This document shows, in pieces, positions 1-7,900 of a DNA stretch of 11,220 nt. The notes under the pieces were generated by a model, which was not told where the DNA came from, ran no database searches, and worked only from the letters and a program-made list of their open reading frames with translations. Both the position numbers and the translations under genes were made by a program. How positions within the stretch are numbered: position 1 is the stretch's first letter; each line of letters begins with the position of its first letter. Source of the DNA: Caecitellus pseudoparvulus. Taxonomy: Eukaryota; Protista; Bigyra: Bicosoecida. The DNA is taken from contig CBFFRQ010000098.1 of NCBI GenBank assembly GCA_965644315.1, positions 1 to 11,220 on the forward strand, given 5' to 3'.

Positions 1-3000
1 GACGTTGGACCCCCATCTCCGGCTGATTCTCTCTTCAAGCCTCGCTTTCCCGGGTCTTCGACGAGCATCACGGATTTCTGCTACAAGGTCGACCCTAGTG
101 CGCACGTGGGAGGGTGGTACTCCCAGCAAGACAGGAACTCCCTTGAACTGCTTGTGAATGGCGCTGCACAAGATACTCTCGTTGGGCTGTCTGACCTCCT
201 CTCAGAAGGCAACCCGCAGTGGGCGGCTGGTCGGCCGAGCATGGCGTGGCATGGGCTTGTCCATCCACCTGGACACGCTAACAACAACATGAAAGACTGG
301 GCTGTTGCGCGATCAGGCGGCAAAATTAAGTGGGTCGGAGGAGATGAATCAATTTCCAAAGTCCTGTGCGAGATGACAGCCGAAAGCGTTCGCCGGAATA
401 CGTTCTGTGACTACGGCATGGTCCCACGCCACGGAAAGTGCTTCGGATACCTGCCCCACGCTGGAACAGTGGAACAGCTGGAGGCGGCCTGCATTGACCT
501 CTTCCCTGATAGCCACTTGTACTTCCCTGACAACGAGAAGCAAGCCAAGTGGGTCGCCCACTTCATGGCGAGTGGACAAGAACTGACGAGCGGCTTTGAG
601 CCAGCGGCAGCAGATATTCACCTGGGTGCACTTCTGGGGGCAGGGGCGCCTTCAGCACTTCTCCTCTCCTCAGTGCGCCTTGATGGAGAGCCTTTGGTGC
701 TGCCTCAAGAAACAAGTTCCATTTGGGAAAGGCTTGCAACGCATACTTCTGCACATATCGATGGAGCCGTGTCGCTTGGTTCCAGTTCAAACCCCAGCAC
801 CGGCATGAAGCTCAGCGAGTCTTCTCCGACCTCGACAAAACGGGGTGTTTGCGCCAGCAATCACAACGTGCGATGCCCTCGTGACGGCAACAAGTGGGTC
901 GTATTTGGAAGGGTCTGCTACCTCGCGATTGAGAACCCACTTAATTGGTGGGATGCACAAGATGCATGCCGGGCAGTTGGCGGACACCTTGCCCAATTGG
1001 ACAACAGCACGAAGCTGTGGTACGTGTCGACCTTCTTGCTTTCACCCGGGACAGATAAAGTCTGGCTTGGAGGCATGAAGATTGGGTCGTCACCTGGAGT
1101 CACACTCTTTCCGAGCATGCAAGTCACTGGAACACCTCTTCCGCTATGGGTTCTCCCACCATCCACGTCAGGTGGGCCATGCTTGCAAGCCATGAACACT
1201 TCTGCCACAACTCCTCATGAGGGTTGGACTCTTGGCACAGATGCATGTTCTAAGGCCGCGCCCAGCGTGTGTGAAATCGACACGGATCCGCAGGTCGCGT
1301 GCGGAGACGCGAGCATGGCTTTCTGGGGTGGAAAGTGCTTCTCTGTGGAAACGACACCGCGAACGTTCAAAGATAGCGTGACGCAGTGTGCAGCTGTAGG
1401 AGGTTCCCTTGCTAGCTTGGAATCCTACACTGAATGGCGTTGGGTCCGGAAGTACATGTTCAAGGATTTGGACCCGCCTCCCACAGGCCCAACTGGTGTG
1501 TGGGTATCTGCGACTCGCGCAACACTCGATGCTTCGATACCTTGGGTGTGGGGAACAGGACATGAAGTCGGCTTCAATGACACCAACTATGCTCCCGTCG
1601 TGGGAGAGGGGACAAAGAGTCACTTGTGTGGGCAAGTGAGCTTCGAGCATGGAGTAATAAGCGAGGAAAACTGCCATACTCAGCTTCCGAGCATTTGCGA
1701 GATTCCTCTCAAACCGCGGTGTCCCCCTGGATGGACATGGTCTCCAGCCGGTACCTGCCTTTCGCGACTTGGCTCCAGTGTGCAGAACTTCACTGCATCC
1801 AACGAGCTGTGCAGTCAAGCAGGTGCTGGGGGGAAGCTTGCCGAGTGGCGCTCGTTTTATGACTTCCTTATCCTTGACGGTGTTGTTCGGGCTCCTCCAG
1901 GCTGGGGCTGGCTGGGCGCATGGAAGCTGGGAGCAAGCTTTTCTGAGTCGTCTGATCCCCCGCTTTCTTGGCTCAGTGGTAACGATGTGACCTTGGGAGG
2001 CATGCAATACCCTGCAACTGTGCATGGCAGTGATGGTGACTGTGCGACGGGGAGAGCGCCTAGTGGTGTGCCCACCTACTTACAGCGTGACTCGTGTGCT
2101 GTCCAGGCATTTGCTATGTGTCAAATCGATGCTGACTGGCACAAAAGAAACTCGACCAGTCTTGGACAAGCCGACTTATCGTCATTGATGAGCACGATGT
2201 GGATCTCGGCAACATCGCCATCACCCAGTGTATCGCCACTGTCCACGCCCACCGCCTCGGCATCCCACACGCCGCAACCCTCCACATCGCCACTGTCCAC
2301 GCCCACCGCCACGCCATCCCTCACGCCGCAACCCTCCACATCGCCACTGTCCACGCCCACCGCCTCGGCATCCCTCACGCCGCAACCCTCCACATCGCCA
2401 CTGTCCACGTCCACCGCCTCGGCATCCCTCACACCGCCGCCCACCACATCGCCACTGTCCACGCCCACCGCCTCGGCATCCCTCACGCCGCAACCCACCA
2501 CATCGCCACTGTCCACGCCCACCGCCTCGGCATCCCTCACGCCGCAACCCACCACATCGCCACTGTCCACGTCCACCGCCTCGGCATCCCTCACACCGCC
2601 GCCCACCACATCGCCACTGTCCACGTCCACCGCCTCGGCGTCCCACACGCCGCAACCCACGACATCGCCACTGTCCACGTCCACGCCCTCGGCGTCCCAC
2701 ACGCCGCAACCCACGACATCGCCACTGTCCACGCCCACGCCCTCGGCGTCCCACACGCCGCGACCCACGACATCGCCACTGTCCACGCCCACGCCCTCGG
2801 CATCCCACACGCCGCGACCCACGACATCGCCACTGTCCACGCCCACGCCCTCGGCGTCCCACACGCCGCAACCCACGACATCGCCACTGTCCACGCCCAC
2901 GCCGTCGCACACTTCTACACCTTCACCTTCACCATCCGAAGCAGCTTGGAGTCTTGAGTGGCAGCCTCCCTCGCAACGTGCGTGCTCGGAGCACACTGCA

Positions 3001-4611
3001 TGCGAAACATCCATTGGATGGGATAGCAGTCAAACTGACCAACCAAGCCTTCCTTCCGGTGTACGCCGGAGGCTGACATCTGGTGAAGAGGGCTTCAGTG
3101 TCGCGCATTCCACACATCCAGACGGGGTCGCTTTCCGCATCCGGTGGCAAACCGCTTTCCCCCGGTCCGTTGGTGAGACACGTGTCACATGCAGACACAA
3201 GGATGTCATCGTACTGGAGGAAGATTTCACCCCTGAGGCTGGGGCTACGACACCTTGGATTCACTTTCTGCCTCCCCCAGAAGAGCTCGCACCATCTGAG
3301 TCACCGCTGCAACGTCAGCTACAGGTCCAATGCGCCTTGCAAACTCGCGACGCACAAGGACAACTGGCTGCGTTTGGAAAGCAAAGCCAGCAGACCATTG
3401 CTGCGCCAGTGCGTCCCATAGCCTATCCGCTCTTCATGGACATTGTCAGGCTGGCTCGCGGCCAGAGCGGCAGTTCCATGCACCTCCGCGGCCTGTGGGG
3501 CGAGGTGGGTACCCGGGATCACCTGCGAGCAACTCCACTATCCGGAGGAGGCGAAGCTGCAACTGTGTGGAGAGCTTCTCGTGCCCCCCCTCTCTTTGCC
3601 ACATCCTCTGGCAAAGCAGCCAGCCTCGCCGAAACCCTCCTCCCAGCACAGACGGATACACCCGCTTCGTACTCGATGACTCTCACGGCAACGGGGAACC
3701 AGACGATGTACTTCATTGCCGACGTTGCACATAGAAGTGGCCTTCCAGGCACGTCAACTTCTCCAATTGTGCAGCCGTTCGCGTTTGCTCCTGCCATGCG
3801 CGTTTGGCTGGGCACGGTCGAGTGCATCATAGAGGGGGTGAGTTGGGACGGCCTAATCGCGAAAGTGCGTCTGCCTCCCTACGAAACCCTCTGCCCTTCG
3901 CCTGAAGCCTGCTTTGGAGCAGCCGGGTATCGAAGCATTTGGTTGGCCAACCCGCCCGTCATTCGTCCATCGTGGCACAAAGCCGTGCAAGCTACCCGCG
4001 CTTCACATTCCTCAACTTCGCCAGATGGCTTCATCAGTTCCTCCCATTCGCTGTGGATTGAACATGCAAGGATGTGGACATCAGCATCAACAAGGGATGC
4101 TAATGGAACGCAGGGAGGCATCGTCAGCTGCGGCCATGCGTGTGCTGGGATGAGGGCCGCCTCTGGCAGCACGTCCACGGCATTGTACATCTCTGAAGAG
4201 TGCCTTGCCTTCCCTGCTCCTGGCCCATGGTGTTTGGACCCAGCATCTGCTGCCTCATGTGCATACGGATCAGGGGACGCTTGTGAGCCATGCGGAGAAG
4301 GCGCGCTTTGCCCTGGAGGCCACAGGCGGTGGCCGCTGCCCGGATACTGGAGCGCCCAGGAGGCAGGGAGCGTTGTACGCTGCCCGCCACCAGCGTCCAG
4401 ATGCAAAGGCTGGAACATGACAAGCCAAACTGTCGCGTGCTCGAATGGCTACACTGGGTTTATGTGCTCAAGGTGCGCTGGAGGCCACTTTCCCACAGCA
4501 ACAGGCGAATGCGATCCCTGCCCGATCCGGTGCGTCGAGAATAAGTTTATAGACTGGGTAAATTTTCTGGTGGCAAAAGTGACATTTGAACACTCATCAG
4601 TTTGGATTTGA
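1..4611 (+). CDS. 5' part (ectodomain) of a large C-type-lectin-domain/mucin/Cys-rich multi-pass membrane protein; 5'-partial and truncated by a transposon (host-derived codons end at 4527, then 27 element-derived codons and a TGA)
   Basis: Frame +1 has no stop from base 1 (DVGPPSPADSLF...FCYKV) to TGA 4609-4611, so the GTG at 106 is not the true start. The translation shows repeated C-type-lectin-like domains, an S/T/P repeat stalk and a C-x-x-C-rich module (CEPCGEGALCPGG..PGYW..CSNGYTGFMCSRCAGGHF..CDPCP). The last 27 aa (RCVENKFIDWV...) are read from the transposon left end. Confidence 0.9.
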   Translation, partial: DVGPPSPADSLFKPRFPGSSTSITDFCYKVDPSAHVGGWYSQQDRNSLELLVNGAAQDTLVGLSDLLSEGNPQWAAGRPSMAWHGLVHPPGHANNNMKDWAVARSGGKIKWVGGDESISKVLCEMTAESVRRNTFCDYGMVPRHGKCFGYLPHAGTVEQLEAACIDLFPDSHLYFPDNEKQAKWVAHFMASGQELTSGFEPAAADIHLGALLGAGAPSALLLSSVRLDGEPLVLPQETSSIWERLATHTSAHIDGAVSLGSSSNPSTGMKLSESSPTSTKRGVCASNHNVRCPRDGNKWVVFGRVCYLAIENPLNWWDAQDACRAVGGHLAQLDNSTKLWYVSTFLLSPGTDKVWLGGMKIGSSPGVTLFPSMQVTGTPLPLWVLPPSTSGGPCLQAMNTSATTPHEGWTLGTDACSKAAPSVCEIDTDPQVACGDASMAFWGGKCFSVETTPRTFKDSVTQCAAVGGSLASLESYTEWRWVRKYMFKDLDPPPTGPTGVWVSATRATLDASIPWVWGTGHEVGFNDTNYAPVVGEGTKSHLCGQVSFEHGVISEENCHTQLPSICEIPLKPRCPPGWTWSPAGTCLSRLGSSVQNFTASNELCSQAGAGGKLAEWRSFYDFLILDGVVRAPPGWGWLGAWKLGASFSESSDPPLSWLSGNDVTLGGMQYPATVHGSDGDCATGRAPSGVPTYLQRDSCAVQAFAMCQIDADWHKRNSTSLGQADLSSLMSTMWISATSPSPSVSPLSTPTASASHTPQPSTSPLSTPTATPSLTPQPSTSPLSTPTASASLTPQPSTSPLSTSTASASLTPPPTTSPLSTPTASASLTPQPTTSPLSTPTASASLTPQPTTSPLSTSTASASLTPPPTTSPLSTSTASASHTPQPTTSPLSTSTPSASHTPQPTTSPLSTPTPSASHTPRPTTSPLSTPTPSASHTPRPTTSPLSTPTPSASHTPQPTTSPLSTPTPSHTSTPSPSPSEAAWSLEWQPPSQRACSEHTACETSIGWDSSQTDQPSLPSGVRRRLTSGEEGFSVAHSTHPDGVAFRIRWQTAFPRSVGETRVTCRHKDVIVLEEDFTPEAGATTPWIHFLPPPEELAPSESPLQRQLQVQCALQTRDAQGQLAAFGKQSQQTIAAPVRPIAYPLFMDIVRLARGQSGSSMHLRGLWGEVGTRDHLRATPLSGGGEAATVWRASRAPPLFATSSGKAASLAETLLPAQTDTPASYSMTLTATGNQTMYFIADVAHRSGLPGTSTSPIVQPFAFAPAMRVWLGTVECIIEGVSWDGLIAKVRLPPYETLCPSPEACFGAAGYRSIWLANPPVIRPSWHKAVQATRASHSSTSPDGFISSSHSLWIEHARMWTSASTRDANGTQGGIVSCGHACAGMRAASGSTSTALYISEECLAFPAPGPWCLDPASAASCAYGSGDACEPCGEGALCPGGHRRWPLPGYWSAQEAGSVVRCPPPASRCKGWNMTSQTVACSNGYTGFMCSRCAGGHFPTATGECDPCPIRCVENKFIDWVNFLVAKVTFEHSSVWI
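76..2127 (+). other. Array of five C-type lectin-like domains (approx. 76-375 degenerate, 406-852, 874-1278, 1300-1704, 1720-2127)
   Basis: Canonical CTLD skeleton C..W..CY/CF...W.DA..C...GGHLA/GGSLA/GGKLA...WLGG/WVSA/WLGA...C...C..(S/M)(V/I)CEI. Domains 3-5 are clear (e.g. CYLAIENPLNWWDAQDACRAVGGHLAQL..VWLGG..SVCEI; CPPGW...WLGAW...MCQI). Domains 1-2 are more degenerate. Confidence 0.85.
2233..2910 (+). repeat. Coding minisatellite, 54-bp unit x ~12.5, encoding an 18-aa mucin-like repeat SPLST(P/S)T(A/P)SAS(L/H)TP(Q/P/R)P(S/T)T
   Basis: TCGCCACTGTCCACG recurs every 54 nt at 2233, 2287, 2341, 2395, 2449, 2503, 2557, 2611, 2665, 2719, 2773, 2827 and 2881 (last unit partial). Confidence 0.97.
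4201..4527 (+). other. Cys-rich juxtamembrane module (ephrin-receptor-like/EGF-laminin-like C-x-x-C repeats)
   Basis: CAYGSGDACEPCGEGALCPGG..PLPGYW..CPPPASRCKG..CSNGYTGFMCSRCAGGHF..GECDPCP; this pattern commonly precedes multi-TM domains in protist surface proteins. Confidence 0.75.
4519..4527 (+). repeat. Target-site duplication, left copy (TGCCCGATC)
   Basis: Identical to 9992..10000. The direct repeat extends to 11 bp (TGCCCGATCCG), but a 9-bp TSD places both inverted-repeat cores exactly 8 bp from the termini. Confidence 0.9.
4536..4560 (+). repeat. Left terminal inverted repeat core CGAGAATAAGTTTATAGACTGGGTA
   Basis: Exact reverse complement of 9959..9983. Weaker similarity continues inward (TGGTGGCAAAAG vs TGACGGCAAAGG). 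Confidence 0.95.
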
Positions 4612-4747
4612 TCTCCTTCACTTGGCGCCTTTGCCCCTCTCTCCTTGACCGTCACATCGTTTTGAATGTACCCCCCACCTCCTCCGGCACCAGCTCCAAC
4701 GGGCGCCCCCACTGACCGAGGAACGACATTGCGCTACCCAGGCCAGG

Positions 4748-4999
4748 ATGCCGCGAAGAGCTCCAGGGGTGCTAACAACGCACTGTATCAAGGTAGAAAG
4801 GTCCAAGGCTGCTGAATGTCAGCTTTGCTCACTCCGGGCCGCGGCCATTGCACGAGGGTACCATGCTCCACACAAGGGCAGTACCAACTCTGCCTTCGTT
4901 GACGGCACTCACTACCACTGCTCCTCTGACGTGTGTTTTTGGCGTGCAAAGATGAAAAAGGATTTGAATCTCACTCCTGTGGGGCAGGACGTGTCGTAA
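4748..4999 (+). CDS. Small Cys/His-rich ORF (83 aa, possible zinc finger) upstream of the transposase
   Basis: First + strand ORF of appreciable length inside the left TIR, ATG-initiated. Contains HC-x10-C-x2-C...H-x-H-C-x4-CF (HCIKV..ECQLC...HYHCSSDVCFW). Its TAA (4997-4999) overlaps the ATG at 4999-5001. Confidence 0.45.
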   Translation: MPRRAPGVLTTHCIKVERSKAAECQLCSLRAAAIARGYHAPHKGSTNSAFVDGTHYHCSSDVCFWRAKMKKDLNLTPVGQDVS

Positions 5000-7900
5000 T
5001 GGCAGCAGAAGGTGCGTACTCGCGTCTTGTGGTGCAAACGGCGTTTCACCCATAACGGCAGCACCAGCTGCGAGCCTTTCCGTACCACAGAGCAAGACGC
5101 AGACACTCTAGCGCCCCAAGAAGCACCACAAGGGCATGAAGAAGGTGAGGCTAAAGCTACTCTCCTGTTTCCTGAAGGTTCTCTGCCCGTACCTACTCTC
5201 CCCCATGTCCACCCCTGTCCGCAGGCCATCCTGGTGCCCAGAGCCCCGTGGAGGTTACAGTTGCTTCGGTCTCGGTCGAGGATCTATCCCCAGAGTCACT
5301 GATAAAATCAGCGTTGCAGAGCCTGCGCCGCAGCGTTCCTCTGGGGCACGGTAGCACGTGGTCCGACCAGGCGCTGGCCAAGTCTGAAGCTGTTGTCCAC
5401 AAGTGTGCCCCAGCAGCCTCCCACCTTCTCCTTCACGGTGACATGAGTCCAGGCGAGCTCACCAAGCAGTGCTCTGCACTGGGGCCCGCTGAGCATTGCC
5501 TCCCACAGCCTCCCAGGGAGGTTCTCGTGCCCACCTGTCCAGCGGCGCTCGCCGGGAACATGAGCACAATCCTGACCGTGTTAATGGCATCGCCCGCCAA
5601 GCCTGCCACTGTTCAGCTTGTTGGGTCGAGCGTGATGATGGTGCGCGCAGCCTTGGGCAGGATGGCGCTCCCTCCACAGCCTGGGGAGGGGGTTGTGCTG
5701 GCCTACATGGCAGACAAGGCAGAGATTGGGATCGCAGCCGCGTTGCGGGACGCACAGGGACCTGTGACTGCCGCTCTTCGGGACAAGGTCCGCAGGATTG
5801 AAGGCGGCTTGGTGTATCGAACCACAGACCGCGAGGAGGAGTGTGTCGGCGAGCAGGGTCTCCTCGGGGGATACACCCACGCAATCCACGAAGACAAGTG
5901 GTATGTCGAGAAACCTGAGCATGCTGCGGTCGCTGGCACAGCTTACAAGCATTTCATCCCTCACAAGAAGCAGCCCCCAGAGCGGCGGATTCAGGCAGTT
6001 GGCGTCGCTGCCGCACACCCAGCTCTGGGGAGCAGGTTCGATCAAGCGGATGAGGAGACCCACAAGCTGGTCGAAGGACCCATCCCCTGGACACCTGACG
6101 GGCACACTTTCCCCGACAGCGATGCATACCAAGCCAAAGCCGCAGAAGGGGGAGTTTCCTTTCGGTCAGCCATGGCAGCGCGTGCTGAGGAGCCATGGAC
6201 AGGGGGGGCTGCAGCTGCAGAGGCTGGCCCGCTGCCTGAGAAGTTGACTGAGATGCTCAGGAACATGGAAAAAGAACTGCAAGAAAGTATGGCCCCAAGT
6301 TCGATGGCCATTCCTTTGCGAATGATGTATGTCCCGGTAGACGGAGGCTCAGACGGACGCCCTGTGGTGCCCTGGGGCATGTGTCCCAAGGCGGACACGG
6401 CCGGCACTTGTGTCTGGACAACAAATGGGATGCAGGAGTGTACGCAGTGCTTGATCACTGGCATGCGTGGCGTGCAGTCGGTCAAAAAGGTCAGGTACAC
6501 CTGCCAGAAGCACGGTGCCTCTGTCCTGGTCGGCACGCAGAAGTTCTGGGAGCTCAAGGACCAGCTTTTCCCCGAGCAGCAGCACGACGGTGCCCCCTTT
6601 CCCCATATGGAGGGGCGCAGGCTGACCCTGTCCATACCTTGTGCACTTGCTGGCTCTCTGCTCCTGGATGAAGATGCAGCAGAGAGTCTGTGGGAGTGCT
6701 ACGTCGCGCACCGTCGCGAAGGCATGGCAAAGGTACAGGATGCATTCTACATAGACCTGATGCACCCTTTTCGGGACACGTTTAGGAAGTGGAAGAGAGA
6801 GCTGCGACAAAAGTTCTGGTACCAGAAGGACGATGCCATTGGCAGGGCCGTGGCGGGGATCGTGCGCCGCGTGAGGACCCCCATCGAGGAGAGGCTGCAG
6901 CTGAGCACTGGGGTGGAGGCTTTGCGAGATGCTGTGCTGCATATCTTCCATGTCACAGTGGAGCCACACGTCAGTCTGTACGAGGAAGCCCTAGCACGCT
7001 TCGCTGACACCATCAGCGTGGACTGGACCTTCGCATCCTCCGCACGGGTGCACGTGGTTGGGCCGAGACCTGGCCAGCTTGATAACACGCAAGCTACTGA
7101 TGAGCCTGCCGGGCCTGAAGGGCAGGAGTGCGACGGGGAGCATCTGGATGAAGGTGATGATGAAGCTTGTGAAGACACAGGCAATGTGCAGGCTTTGGCA
7201 GCGTGCACAGGGGATGGCAGCGGTGGCACTGCCACAGCAACTCGGGCCAGAGGCACAACCCGGTGGCGGGTAGCCCCCTGCATAGCCACGGTTGTGGGAC
7301 GATACGGCTTCATCTTGCAGCGTCCCATGCTCACGGGCCACGAGAGTGGGGCCAACCTGGCCTGGGTCCTGGACTTTTTACTGTACAAGCTGAAGGGGCA
7401 CTTGCGGGAGCGTGGCCCGGCGGCGTCCCACCCCATCGTCATCACAGTGGACAACCTCAGGACCCACCAGCACACCCTGCAGAAAATCATCGACGTGCAC
7501 TTCCCACTGCTGAAGAAAGGCGTGGTGCGGTTCGCGGTAGACCCGTGGCACTTCGCCAGCCGCGTGACCAAGACCATTCCCAGCAAATCCGTGCACCAAG
7601 ATGGCAAGATGATGTCAAGGCTGTGGTTTGACACTGTACACTGGATACGGACGCCCCCCAGAACGGAAGTGTCTTCGCGCTTGATGCTGCCAGAGCGAGA
7701 CATTGACAAGCAGTTGAATGACCTGCCCTCCGCAGGGGAAGCGATCCAGGGATTCAAAGCTTGCGCCCACGCTATCCTTGCACGCAAGCCCCTGAGCCAG
7801 GGACAGCAGGGGGTGGTCAAGTCCTTCCTTGCCAAGTTTGGGTGGGCTGTGTACGAGCCAGGGCGTGCAGTTGGAGCTGCTGCAAGGCTTCGCGAGCACG

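Noticed and set aside
106-108. ORF-track start codon of the 1,501-aa protein
   Set aside because: It is GTG, the frame is open back to base 1, and a lectin-like domain begins before it; the true start is upstream of the window.
2233-2910. CRISPR-like regular array
   Set aside because: Units are contiguous and near-identical with no unique spacers; the array is in-frame coding sequence in a eukaryotic gene, with no cas genes.
2114-3076. Long alternative-frame ORFs over the repeat (His/Ala-rich, Arg/Pro-rich, Gly/Val/Asp-rich, Arg/Gly-rich)
   Set aside because: By-products of a stop-poor 54-bp tandem repeat; only frame +1 is continuous with the flanking domains.
4519-4529. 11-bp TSD (TGCCCGATCCG)
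   Set aside because: Formally possible, but it leaves the TIR cores asymmetric (6 vs 8 bp from the ends). A 9-bp TSD gives symmetric ends both starting CG. Other copies are needed to settle it.
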